Source: a virus (lineage: Duplodnaviria; Caudoviricetes). From it: a stretch of 64,000 nt of DNA. The DNA lies in the IMG/VR virus record IMGVR_UViG_3300014208_000024, positions 1 to 64,000 of that record; one strand, given 5' to 3'. A program made the translations under genes and the position numbers. Below are positions 1 to 8,866 of this stretch, piece after piece; the stretch's first letter is position 1, and the number at the start of each line of letters is the position of its first letter. The notes beneath the pieces were generated by a model. The model ran no database searches and was not told the DNA's origin. It worked only from the letters and a program-made list of their open reading frames with translations.

Positions 1-657
1 GCGAGATAATGAGCGTTGTGCAACCCTAAGTTGTCTTTGTGCTGATTTTAAGAAATCTTTATTCTCGAATTTCTTTCCATCAGACGTTATTAATAAGTCT
101 TTTATTCCCAAATCTATTCCAACAGAAGTAGATTCAGAAATTTGTTTTTTTGTTGGAAGGTCTTGTTTTGTGTCAACCAAAATCGACACAAAATATTTGT
201 TTGTTACAGTCTTGGAAACTGTCACGGTTTTTATATCACCTTTAAATTCTCTGTGCAAATCAATTCCAACCCACTTTAATTTTGGAATGAATATTTCTCT
301 ATTGTTTTCAGAAAACGAAACTCCTTGTGGCAAAGAAAAACTTTGTTTTCCGTGTTTGTTCTTAAATTTTGGGAATCCCATTCCACGAAAGAAAGCATGG
401 TATGCATTATCCAAATTTCTCATCGACATCTGTAATGCCTGAGATGGAGTCTGTTTTAGCCAAGTTAAATCTTCTTTTAATTCTGTTATTTGTTTGTTTA
501 AATCAAAACATGTAAGGTTTTTCTTATTTCCAGCATAAGCGTCGATTTTTGTTTCCAAACCAAGATTGTATACAAACCTCACTTGTCCAAATATGTTTGC
601 CATAACATTTTGTTGTTCTTCGCTTGGAAATATTCTGTATTTATATGCCTTTAACAT
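1..657 (-). mobile_element. tnpB: IS200/IS605-family TnpB RNA-guided endonuclease, N-terminal part (runs off window edge, missed by ORF track)
   Basis: Reverse frame from ATG at 657: MLKAYKYRIFPSEEQQ...QVRFVYNLGL...GFPKFK...SVGIDLGIKDLLITSDG (HTH_OrfB N-terminus and RuvC-I GIDLG); no tnpA upstream. Confidence 0.93.
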
Positions 658-795
658 CTTTTCTTACACATTCTATATATAAATATGTAAAAATTTTATA
701 AAATCAAATTTATTTGTAACTATTTTAAATAATTTTCATATATTTATAATAAAAGTTGCAAAAACAAATTACAAATTTTTTAAAAAAGTAACATT

Positions 796-1071
796 ATGAA
801 ATTTATTGAAAATTACAGAAACAGAAAATGTAAAACATGGATTGGAAAATTTTTCCAAACATTAGTTTTTACCCATGTGGCTAAACTAATATTGTTTGGC
901 GGACTTGTATTGTTTGGAGCTGTTGGCATTGGAGTTATTGAAAGTAACTCTATTATATTCGCTTTATGTTTTAAAATTGGTTTAGTTGGATTGGCTGCAT
1001 ATGCAGTTATATTTATGGTGTATGCCTGGTTTATCAATCCCATTAGAGAATATCTAAAAAATAAAAAATGA
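796..1071 (+). CDS. Hypothetical membrane protein
   Basis: ORF with two hydrophobic segments. Confidence 0.7.
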   Translation: MKFIENYRNRKCKTWIGKFFQTLVFTHVAKLILFGGLVLFGAVGIGVIESNSIIFALCFKIGLVGLAAYAVIFMVYAWFINPIREYLKNKK

Positions 1072-1493
1072 TTACATTAATATTAATTTTTTTTCTTTTA
1101 ATAATATCTGCAGCCAGCAATGCTGCAATGGATATTTTAGATTTTAAATTTAATAGTTCCATTTTTTCCGAAGTCAGCGAAAAATGGTACAATTGGTTTA
1201 ACCCAGAAGAAAGTTGGAAAAATAAATATAAAAACAGAGATCCGCAACAAGGACCAGCTTTTTTTGGAAGTACAACTTTCTTGGTTTGGACAACTGATGC
1301 CTGGCATTTTTTTAAAATGATAATGCTCTCTTGTCTTACGGCTTCTATAACAATTGGAATCGGATATATAGCATTTGCAAATTATCCAATTTTAAAATTG
1401 ATTTTTGCCGATGCAATTGTATATTTTATTATCAGATTCTTATATGGATTTATATTCGAAACTTTCTGGACAAAAATATTCGTTAAAAAATAA
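1068..1493 (+). CDS. Hypothetical membrane protein
   Basis: Overlapping start/stop with upstream ORF; hydrophobic segments; DAWH motif. Confidence 0.75.
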   Translation: MITLILIFFLLIISAASNAAMDILDFKFNSSIFSEVSEKWYNWFNPEESWKNKYKNRDPQQGPAFFGSTTFLVWTTDAWHFFKMIMLSCLTASITIGIGYIAFANYPILKLIFADAIVYFIIRFLYGFIFETFWTKIFVKK

Positions 1494-1523
1494 AAAACCC
1501 CTCAAAAAAGAGGGGTTTCTTTT
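1492..1523. terminator. Bidirectional intrinsic terminator
   Basis: AAAAAACCCCTC-AAAAAA-GAGGGGTTTCTTTT between convergent genes. Confidence 0.8.
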
Positions 1524-1779
1524 ATTGTATATGTGGTTGCCACCTAAGCTCATTATCCTTAATTGCTTTCCTTATCCATCTCATTAAAAGCATAGTTTTC
1601 TCTGTCAAATTAAATGTAGCATCTCCCACCTCTGCCCTATCACTTACATCAACTGGAACAGTGTATTTTACATCCTCTACAATAAAACTGTACATTAATT
1701 TCGAACCAATACAGCAATCAAGAGTTGCCATATTTTGATTTCTAACCATCTCTGTGGTTGTGTGTTTCAAATTTTCCAT
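1522..1779 (-). CDS. Hypothetical phage protein (MENLKHTTTEMV...)
   Basis: ORF-track start at 1836 lies inside a tRNA; downstream ATG at 1779 chosen. Confidence 0.7.
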   Translation of the reverse strand: MENLKHTTTEMVRNQNMATLDCCIGSKLMYSFIVEDVKYTVPVDVSDRAEVGDATFNLTEKTMLLMRWIRKAIKDNELRWQPHIQ

Positions 1780-1803
1780 ATTGCTAAATTTTAAATAAAC
1801 TCG

Positions 1804-1878
1804 TACACCTGGAGAGATTCGAACTCCCGACCCCAACGTCCGTAGCGTTGTATTCTTAATCCACTGAACTACAGGTGC
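1804..1878 (-). tRNA. tRNA-Arg(ACG)
   Basis: GCACCTG/CAGGTGT acceptor, loop CT-ACG-GA, TTCGAAT T-loop. Confidence 0.92.
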
Positions 1879-1884
1879 GAAAAA

Positions 1885-1963
1885 GAAAAGCAGGGACTTG
1901 TGGGAATTACCTAGGGGGTACCTACCCGTTTGCGCCTTGCGACACTACACAAGTTTGCTTTCC
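1885..1963 (-). ncRNA. Candidate small structured RNA between tRNAs
   Basis: GAAAGCA/TGCTTTTC and ACTTGTG/CACAAGT helices enclosing GTGTC-GCAA-GGCGC and GGGTA-GG-TACCC hairpins. Confidence 0.45.
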
Positions 1964-1968
1964 AGTTG

Positions 1969-2041
1969 TATGAGTAAAGGGAGTCGAACCCCTTGATACT
2001 TGGATGTAAGCCAAGAGCACCAGCCGTTATGCGCTACTCAC
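1969..2041 (-). tRNA. tRNA-Val(TAC)
   Basis: GTGAGTA/TACTCAT acceptor, CTTGG-CTTACAT-CCAAG anticodon arm. Confidence 0.88.
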
Positions 2042-2053
2042 ATAATATTTAAA

Positions 2054-2281
2054 AAGACAAGATGAGCATAGCCAAGATTTTGTTTTATTTTAGCATTTAT
2101 CTGATATAATGAACTCGTCAAAACATCGTTAGCCTCTACCAGGCTATTATAGAATTGAAGGTACCCATTCTAAGCCCATTTGAGTTGCACACCGCTAATT
2201 TTAGCTTCTTACCCGAAGTAAGAGTTGCATCGGTATAACGATTTTTCACAATCTCCCGATTCCTTCTTTTTGATGTGTCTT
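2054..2281 (-). ncRNA. Candidate ~230-nt structured RNA
   Basis: Non-coding and GC-richer than flanks; AAGACA/TGTCTT closure, ATCGTT/AACGAT, CTTAC-TTCGG-GTAAG, TAGCCT-GGTAG-AGGCTA. Confidence 0.4.
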
Positions 2282-2289
2282 GAACTTCC

Positions 2290-3183
2290 TCATACAAAAG
2301 TATGCGCTAAATCCTCTTTCTTGTCTTTATTAATTTTCCATTGTTTTTTTTGACAATTATCAGAACAATATTTTTTATGATTATATTCTGTATCAAATTT
2401 TTCTCCACAAAACCCACAAGTCCTATTTAAGTAACTTTCATGAACTATAGAATCCCACTTATGATTGTAACACACAACTGGACTTATTCCTATAAAATTT
2501 AAAAATTCAAAAACTTTTTTATTTGGAATTATAATTCTATTTACCGTTTCTTTTAAAAAAGCATCAAAATTATAACAATTTAATTTTTCAATTAAAAATT
2601 TATTATCTTCTTTTGTAAAAGAATCAGTACAAAAAACTGCTCCAACTTGATTGTCTAACGTACCATCACCAAGATACCAGTGTAAAATAGTCGTTTGATT
2701 TAACTCTATATCCTTTGGAACTATTTTAACATCATTTGGATACCATTTTTTTCTTAAATTAGTAAAAAAAACATTTGCCTTAGAATTTATAGTATAATAA
2801 TCAAACCCGCTATTGTTTTTCCCTTTGAATTTTGTTAATTCAAAACTAAATTGTTTAATAAAAAAATCAATATATTCTTCGAACTTGCAAGAATGAGTAA
2901 ATGACGAGTTTTGGTTGTTAATAATTCTTCGAAGATGTCCATCAGAAAGCAAAGACCCGTTAACAATATCCAAATCGTTTTTTGTTAAAAAAATTTCTTC
3001 TAAATTCTTTTTTGATTCATCTGAGCATTTATACGAACAAAATTTGTTAGATTTATGCTTTCTTTTATAAAAAAATTTTCCGCATTGTTCACAAACTCCT
3101 TTTGTATAATATTCATATCCTTTTCCATTCTTTCTTATCATTCGATATGAACCATCTTTAATTTTTTTAAAATCTCCTGTCAT
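2290..3183 (-). CDS. LAGLIDADG homing endonuclease with zinc-finger termini
   Basis: GSLLSDGHL and HWYLGDG motifs; CxxC...CSxxC fingers at both ends. Confidence 0.85.
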   Translation of the reverse strand: MTGDFKKIKDGSYRMIRKNGKGYEYYTKGVCEQCGKFFYKRKHKSNKFCSYKCSDESKKNLEEIFLTKNDLDIVNGSLLSDGHLRRIINNQNSSFTHSCKFEEYIDFFIKQFSFELTKFKGKNNSGFDYYTINSKANVFFTNLRKKWYPNDVKIVPKDIELNQTTILHWYLGDGTLDNQVGAVFCTDSFTKEDNKFLIEKLNCYNFDAFLKETVNRIIIPNKKVFEFLNFIGISPVVCYNHKWDSIVHESYLNRTCGFCGEKFDTEYNHKKYCSDNCQKKQWKINKDKKEDLAHTFV

Positions 3184-3270
3184 ATATTTATGTTTTTATA
3201 TAAATATAAACAAAAAAGGAGAAAAAACAAAATTAATAAAATATTTTAATATTCAAAGAACTTTATTGTA

Positions 3271-3513
3271 TTATTTTCTCATGAACTTCCCGTTTTCTCT
3301 GGTTAAAGCATCTAACCAATAACCTTTACCATCTTTTGACATTGACCAGACATTCATTACTTCATTCATGTCCAGTGGAAGTTCTTCAAATTTTTCCATG
3401 GCAATTTTTACCTTTTCCATTCTTCTGAACATTCTATTTGCAAGTCTTTTATCTTGTTTTTCTGAATGTCCTGCGTTGCCAAATATTGGCGTTTTTCTTC
3501 TTGAACGACTCAT
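3271..3513 (-). CDS. Small basic hypothetical protein (MSRSRRKTPI...)
   Basis: ORF with plausible composition; SEKQDKRLANR motif. Confidence 0.7.
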   Translation of the reverse strand: MSRSRRKTPIFGNAGHSEKQDKRLANRMFRRMEKVKIAMEKFEELPLDMNEVMNVWSMSKDGKGYWLDALTRENGKFMRK

Positions 3514-3609
3514 TGTTTTTTAAATTTAAGTTATAAACTTAAAAAACTGCTGCGATCCTTTCTGTTGCTTTCATAATTTTTCCTTTATTATAAATATATT
3601 AAAAATTTG

Positions 3610-3683
3610 TACCCCCAGTAGGATTCAAACCCACAACCCCGTGGTTCGTTGCCACGCACTCTATTCAATTGAGCTATGGAGGC
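3610..3683 (-). tRNA. tRNA-Arg(ACG), atypical (A33, T-loop TTTGAAT)
   Basis: GCCTCCA/TGGGGGT acceptor, CGTGG-CAACGAA-CCACG. Confidence 0.75.
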
Positions 3684-3688
3684 ATTTG

Positions 3689-3761
3689 TGGAACTGGATG
3701 TTTTCGATGCACCGACTCATTGTTTTTCACACAATTGCTCTTCCATCTGAGCTACAGTTCC
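3689..3761 (-). tRNA. tRNA-Phe(GAA), degenerate T-arm
   Basis: GGAACTG/CAGTTCC acceptor, ATTGT-GTGAAAA-ACAAT; T-loop ATCGAAA. Confidence 0.7.
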
Positions 3762-3774
3762 AAATTTTATTTTG

Positions 3775-3848
3775 TGGTGTTGCCTGGATTTGAACCAGGG
3801 GCTGACAGATTTTCAGTCTGTTACTCTACCAAGCTGAGTTACAACACC
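3775..3848 (-). tRNA. tRNA-Phe(GAA)
   Basis: GGTGTTG/CAACACC acceptor, ACAGA-CTGAAAA-TCTGT. Confidence 0.92.
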
Positions 3849-3946
3849 TTATGTTCTCTAACTCAAGTGGTGGGGGTAGGTTTATTTCCAAATATACACC
3901 ACTCAAGTTTGAGAATATTTTTTTAGCAATATGTCAAAGATCATAG

Positions 3947-4022
3947 TTGTCCAGCAAGGACTCGAACCTTGACATGCCTTTTCCTCCAAAGGGAAACGTG
4001 CGACCAATTACACCACAGGACA
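3947..4022 (-). tRNA. tRNA-Gln(TTG)
   Basis: TGTCCTG/CTGGACA acceptor, TTTCC-CTTTGGA-GGAAA. Confidence 0.88.
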
Positions 4023-4042
4023 ATATTTAAAGAACATAAAAC

Positions 4043-4077
4043 AAAAAACCCCAGGATTTTTGACCTTGGGGTTTTTT
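4043..4077 (-). terminator. Attenuator terminator of the Gln/Phe/Arg/Val tRNA array
   Basis: CCCCAAGG-TCAAAAAT-CCTGGGG-TTTTTT; 5' arm CCCAAGGTC is complementary to leader GACCTTGGG (4114-4122). Confidence 0.8.
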
Positions 4078-4097
4078 AGTAAATGACGTATATTGTA

Positions 4098-4193
4098 TTA
4101 ACGACATGACACACCCAAGGTCTTTTGTACTTGTTGCACAAAAAACACAACCTGAAAGCGGCTTTGGCATGTTATGTTAATTAAATTTTTCAT
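4098..4193 (-). CDS. Leader peptide MKNLINITCQSRFQVVFFVQQVQKTLGVSCR
   Basis: 31-aa uORF with 5 Gln, 5 Val, 3 Phe, 2 Arg; overlaps antiterminator. Confidence 0.8.
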   Translation of the reverse strand: MKNLINITCQSRFQVVFFVQQVQKTLGVSCR

Positions 4194-4240
4194 TCTTTAC
4201 TTTTATTTAAATAGTCAAAAAAAATTGTTTTCATCAATTC

Positions 4241-4267
4241 ATACGCAAAGATAAGAAAAAAGTTACA
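4241..4267 (-). promoter_or_regulatory. TGTAAC-N16-CGTAT promoter overlapping a TATCTTTG -7 element
   Basis: Motif recurs upstream of many minus-strand units. Confidence 0.7.
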
Positions 4268-4344
4268 TTAAATCCAAGTTTTTTTCTTACTTTTTTTAAA
4301 ATAATTTTTAATTTGTTGAATTTTAATTAGTTTTAAAAAATTCT

Positions 4345-5025
4345 TTAATAAACAAATTCTGAAAGTGTTTTAAATTTTTTATCTAAACTTAGCAGTGCTA
4401 TTTCTACTTCTTTTAAACACTCATTAATTCCACCGCCCAACAATATAATATTGGAATAGTTTTTTAAGAAACTCATTAAATCAGGTATATTTATCATATC
4501 TCCAGCGTTTTCTAATAAATCTCTTACATCTTGTTGATTGTGGTTTGTTTCTTTCATATAATTGTTCCACATATCATTGTCAATATCTCTACTATCATTT
4601 ACATTATGTTTAATCATATATTTAATCAAGTCAACGATATTATCTTCATCAATAGAATTGTCAATACAATACCTAAAAAAAGCATATCCTTTATCATAGA
4701 ATGTTGCATTTTGTATAATATCTTCATCAATGTTTAAATTAATTAACCATTCTTGGAAAGAATATTTGTCAATCATACCAAGTGTATCGGCGCCATTATA
4801 TAAAAAAACTATATTATTAAGTTCTGCGTTTTTGTTAATAAAATTAACCCATTTTTTTAAATCAAATGTTATAAATTTTTCATATTCTGGTTGAATATCT
4901 ACATTAACAATCGTTTTACCCTGTACTTTGCTTTCATTTATTAATCTTAATTTTCTTTTATTTAAATTGTTATTTTCGTTTAAATATTCACGTATAGTAG
5001 TTTTTATAAGTTTTCTTAATTTCAT
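4345..5025 (-). CDS. Isochorismatase/cysteine-hydrolase-like protein with IREY N-terminal extension
   Basis: VNVDIQPEY and LLGGGINECL motifs. Confidence 0.5.
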   Translation of the reverse strand: MKLRKLIKTTIREYLNENNNLNKRKLRLINESKVQGKTIVNVDIQPEYEKFITFDLKKWVNFINKNAELNNIVFLYNGADTLGMIDKYSFQEWLINLNIDEDIIQNATFYDKGYAFFRYCIDNSIDEDNIVDLIKYMIKHNVNDSRDIDNDMWNNYMKETNHNQQDVRDLLENAGDMINIPDLMSFLKNYSNIILLGGGINECLKEVEIALLSLDKKFKTLSEFVY

Positions 5026-5080
5026 ATTCTTAAATGTATTTATTATACATATAAATATTATGAAATAAATTATAAAAAAA

Positions 5081-5536
5081 TTACCGACTTACTTCTACTT
5101 CTGCTTCTGGATATTTATAGCAAGCATTTAAATAATTTTCTACAAATTTAACCAATCCTTCGTAGGAGCCCCATCCGTTATCTGGATTAAACTCCTTATA
5201 TTTTTCTGGATTTAACTTAAGTTTATGTAACCCTTGTCTCAAAGGTTCAATCAATTCTTTTGCTTTTGTAACACCAATTTCATCTGGTCTCCACAAATGT
5301 TCATAAATTCCAGCTTGTTCGGCCATTACATTTAAGTTATGAGTAATGTTTGAAGAATACACTTCATCACTTTCATTAGTTTGTTCTGGAATTCTTACGG
5401 GTTCTATACCTGGGTGTTTTTCATTCCATTCTCTCAATGAAATTTCTTTTGTTTCTCCATTTTCACGAACAAATATTCCAGATGATTCACGGATCACCTT
5501 TTCTCCTTTGGAGATTAAACTAACATCTAAGCTCAT
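5081..5536 (-). CDS. Conserved hypothetical phage protein
   Basis: MSLDVSL...NITHNL...NGWGSY. Confidence 0.75.
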   Translation of the reverse strand: MSLDVSLISKGEKVIRESSGIFVRENGETKEISLREWNEKHPGIEPVRIPEQTNESDEVYSSNITHNLNVMAEQAGIYEHLWRPDEIGVTKAKELIEPLRQGLHKLKLNPEKYKEFNPDNGWGSYEGLVKFVENYLNACYKYPEAEVEVSR

Positions 5537-5859
5537 TGTTTTAATTCTTTTACTTTATTATACCATTTATCAACTCCTTTATTCAACTCTTCTTTTATTT
5601 CTTCGAAAGTAAACCCATCGGCCAGGATCATGTCATAAATAACAATAAGAGCATCTGCATATTCTTCTTTTTTATTATCTCTTACGCTTTTAATAGTCAT
5701 TCCTTCGCTACGTGGTTTCAATCCAAGTTCTCTCATGTGAGCTGCTGCAATTTCACCAATTTCCTCTTGTAGTTTTACCATCTTATCTGAAACTGTCATA
5801 GATTTTCTTGGATCATTTTCTCTTGCCAGTTTTATTTTTTCTAAAATTTTGTCATCCAT
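5533..5859 (-). CDS. MazG-like nucleotide pyrophosphohydrolase
   Basis: KLQEEIGEIA...EEYADAL motif. Confidence 0.75.
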   Translation of the reverse strand: MDDKILEKIKLARENDPRKSMTVSDKMVKLQEEIGEIAAAHMRELGLKPRSEGMTIKSVRDNKKEEYADALIVIYDMILADGFTFEEIKEELNKGVDKWYNKVKELKQ

Positions 5860-6046
5860 TATTAATGCATTTTTTGTGAAATTTTATAATTTTATTTTTT
5901 TCTGATTCTGAAAGAAGTTTCCACCAATTAAATCTTTCTTCTTTGTTTTTTAATTGTCTAATTTTTAATAAAGGGCAATTTTTTTCTTCTTTGTTTTTTG
6001 AACATCCGAATATTAATCCAATATATGTTTCTTTGTATAAGAACAC
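5852..6046 (-). CDS. Hypothetical protein
   Basis: Overlapping operon arrangement. Confidence 0.55.
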   Translation of the reverse strand: MFLYKETYIGLIFGCSKNKEEKNCPLLKIRQLKNKEERFNWWKLLSESEKNKIIKFHKKCINNG

Positions 6047-6261
6047 TTAGAAATTTTTTCATAAATAATGTAAAATTATTCTAAAACAATTTCTCCTTTT
6101 AAAATTTTTTCTCTTATTTTGTCTTTTTCTTTAAAAACATCTTGATCAAAATGTACGCTATTTTTATCCGTTAGCTCATCTAATTGCATTAACAAAAATT
6201 CCATATTTTTTTTATAATTAATGTTTATTATCTTACACGATTTTTTCATTTTTTTAAAGTT

Positions 6262-6666
6262 TTAAGTAATTTTTTTTATAATGAAATCTACACAAGCGTT
6301 GTACATAGCTTTATGAGAAACTTCCAAAACAACATTTTTGTAAATTTCTTTTTCTGTTTCTTCTTTTTTTAACTCACAAGTCTCTTTGTGGCTAACCACA
6401 TTTACATACCCATCTGGTTTCGATGTATTATGCCACTCTTGAATGAAAACTTCTGTTTCATCATCTTTCATTGAAATAATAGTTCTCATTTTATATCCTT
6501 CTCTGGGATTATGGTTTATTTTGTGTATAACCCATCTTAAAATCTCTGAACCAATCACTGGATCATGAGGAGCAAATAGTTTATAATCCAATTCTTTTTC
6601 GTCATAACCCATGAATTTAAAAAGAGTTTTGTTGTATTTTTTATAATTTTCTAGATAATTTTCCAT
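6262..6666 (-). CDS. Hypothetical protein
   Basis: Long ORF in operon. Confidence 0.7.
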   Translation of the reverse strand: MENYLENYKKYNKTLFKFMGYDEKELDYKLFAPHDPVIGSEILRWVIHKINHNPREGYKMRTIISMKDDETEVFIQEWHNTSKPDGYVNVVSHKETCELKKEETEKEIYKNVVLEVSHKAMYNACVDFIIKKIT

Positions 6667-6667
6667 A

Positions 6668-7381
6668 TTAAAAATTTAAAGGATTATTGACATATGACAA
6701 CATTCTTTGACTTAAATCAGAATGACTTCTTCCACATATTTCTTCTAAAACATTCTGGTTCGATTCATTAACAAGACTTGATTTATACCAATATCCATAT
6801 TTCGAATCATTTTCAATAATTGTTTTAGTTTTTACAAACCAAGAGTTGTATTTGAAGCTATAAAAAAACTTACCCATTCTCTTATATAAAACCCTTTCTA
6901 TTGGAATTTCTCTTTTAATTTTTTTTTCTTTTGTTTTGTTAGAAATCTGAATTTTTTCTTTTTTTAAGAGCCATATTAAAATTTTTGCCAGTGCATTGAC
7001 CATTTTTTTATCAGATCTTGAAATCCACATGTCTTGCCCAGTCAAATCGTTATCTTCATACCAAACCATAGGTAACCCATGTTCTCCATCATATCCCATA
7101 CAAAGATAATATGAAGAAAAATCGTTCTTCCCATGTTGTATTTCTTTTGGAAGAATTTCTAAAAGTTCATCTGTTGTAAATGTTGATATGAACTTTTTTT
7201 GTCCTTCTTCGCTTTCTCTATTAAAACAAAGTCCAGTAGAGTCTGTGATTGCAAATTCAAAAGGAGAAACAAGCTTCCAATCATCAGAATAAAATACAGA
7301 AAAACTTTTTGTCTGATCAACGCCCAGATCTTTAAGGATTTTTGCGTATTTAAGGTCGCAAACTATTTCTTTAAGCTTCAT
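6668..7381 (-). CDS. Hypothetical protein
   Basis: Long ORF in operon. Confidence 0.75.
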   Translation of the reverse strand: MKLKEIVCDLKYAKILKDLGVDQTKSFSVFYSDDWKLVSPFEFAITDSTGLCFNRESEEGQKKFISTFTTDELLEILPKEIQHGKNDFSSYYLCMGYDGEHGLPMVWYEDNDLTGQDMWISRSDKKMVNALAKILIWLLKKEKIQISNKTKEKKIKREIPIERVLYKRMGKFFYSFKYNSWFVKTKTIIENDSKYGYWYKSSLVNESNQNVLEEICGRSHSDLSQRMLSYVNNPLNF

Positions 7382-8354
7382 GTTTTTTAATAATTTCTTT
7401 ATACCAAAAAAGAGTTTTTTGAATTCCGTCGTTTATATTTGTTTTAGGAAAATATCCTAACTTTGAGATTTTCTCAATATTAGAATGTGTTTTAAAAACA
7501 TCCCCAACCCTTCCATTTGCATAATCAATTCCTTTTATGTCCGAAATTGACTTAATCATATAAAGAATGTCAATAAGAGAATTGTTTCTTCCACTTCCAA
7601 CATTAAAGATGTCTCCGTGAAATTTTTCAATTGAAGTCGCTGCTAAAAAGTTGGCAAAACATACGTCTTTTACATATACAAAATCCCTAATTTGACTCCC
7701 GTCACCATCCAATCTAACATTGGTTCCAATCACAGCACATTTAATCCAAGCACATATAACAGAAGAATAAGCATTTTCAGAATACTGATTTGGGCCATAA
7801 ACATTAAAATATCGTAAACAAACAGTTTCAATGTTGTATAGTTCAGAATACAACTTACAATATTCCTCTATTATTCTTTTTTGCAAAGCATATGGTGATT
7901 TGGGAGATATAGCACAAGATTCTGAAGTTGGAAATTCGTTTGTGTCTCCATAAATAGCCGATGATGAACTAAAAACAAACCTTTTAACTTTTTTTCTAGC
8001 ACACCAATCCAAAAGAATTAAAGTTTTAGAAACATTGTTTTCATTTGTTGTTTTTGGATATTCTACAGAATATGGAACACTTGGAGTTGCTGCAAGATGA
8101 AACACTGTGTCAAAATAGTTTCCTAAATAAAAAAAATAATCAAATTTTTCCTCGATGTTTTTTATATCTTCTTTATAAAAGTGAAGCCTACTTTGATATT
8201 CATTTTCCAGTGGCTTAATAAACGTTTCGTATATTTTTTTCCCAGCTTGAAGATTGTCTATAGCAAAAACTTCAAAATCTGTATTTTCAAGTAAGAACTC
8301 TACAAGGTTTGATCCAATAAACCCAGCGGCACCAGTAACTAAAACTTTTTTCAT
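7371..8354 (-). CDS. NAD-dependent nucleotide-sugar epimerase/dehydratase (extended SDR)
   Basis: TGAAGFIGSNL, FSSSSAIYG, YALQK, LRYFNVYGP, RDFVYV. Confidence 0.93.
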   Translation of the reverse strand: MKKVLVTGAAGFIGSNLVEFLLENTDFEVFAIDNLQAGKKIYETFIKPLENEYQSRLHFYKEDIKNIEEKFDYFFYLGNYFDTVFHLAATPSVPYSVEYPKTTNENNVSKTLILLDWCARKKVKRFVFSSSSAIYGDTNEFPTSESCAISPKSPYALQKRIIEEYCKLYSELYNIETVCLRYFNVYGPNQYSENAYSSVICAWIKCAVIGTNVRLDGDGSQIRDFVYVKDVCFANFLAATSIEKFHGDIFNVGSGRNNSLIDILYMIKSISDIKGIDYANGRVGDVFKTHSNIEKISKLGYFPKTNINDGIQKTLFWYKEIIKKHEA

Positions 8355-8357
8355 ATT

Positions 8358-8864
8358 TTATTTCATTAAATCATCAAGTTCTTTCCACATAGAATCAATA
8401 TGTCCAACCAGATAAAGTTCTTCTTTAAAATGAACATATTCTTTTTTATATTTATCCCCCATTCCATGTCCACTTAAAACTGATCTTCTTGCATTTGCAA
8501 TTCTATCAGCAACTTTTATTTTTATTGCCTGTAATCTAAGCGGACTTTCTTTTATTTCATCATAAAATTTTTGTGGTTTTCTTGCATCCCTATTCCTTCC
8601 TTTGAAGTCTGAACACAAATACACAACCTCAGCGACAGAATGACCAAACATTTTCTTAACCTCATTATAAGAAACTCCACCATCCTCTAAAACATCATGT
8701 AAATTTGCCTCTATCAAAGAATCATCTTCAACCTCTTTGTGATCTCTTAAAACCTGTTCAATATCTTCAAAGTGTACATAATAATGTTCTCCATCATAAC
8801 TTGCTAAAGCATGTTGCCTGGCAGCAAATCTTATTGCTTTTAAATATCTTTCGTTACATTCCAT
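8358..8864 (-). CDS. HD-domain protein, small alarmone hydrolase (Mesh1/SpoT HD)-like
   Basis: YYVHF...NLHDVLED...IKVADRIAN. Confidence 0.8.
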   Translation of the reverse strand: MECNERYLKAIRFAARQHALASYDGEHYYVHFEDIEQVLRDHKEVEDDSLIEANLHDVLEDGGVSYNEVKKMFGHSVAEVVYLCSDFKGRNRDARKPQKFYDEIKESPLRLQAIKIKVADRIANARRSVLSGHGMGDKYKKEYVHFKEELYLVGHIDSMWKELDDLMK

Positions 8865-8866
8865 AA

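Noticed and set aside
170-442. ORF-track 90-aa ORF
   Set aside because: Antisense shadow of tnpB.
3853-3915. Imperfect inverted repeat between tRNA-Phe and tRNA-Gln
   Set aside because: A single hairpin with no other support; could be a processing spacer, so not called as a gene.
3669-3926. ORF-track ORFs overlapping tRNA arrays (also 22445-22913, 23676-23906, 31334-31750, 34693-34878, 47459-47695, 48078-48918)
   Set aside because: They are spurious translations of tRNA or ncRNA sequence.
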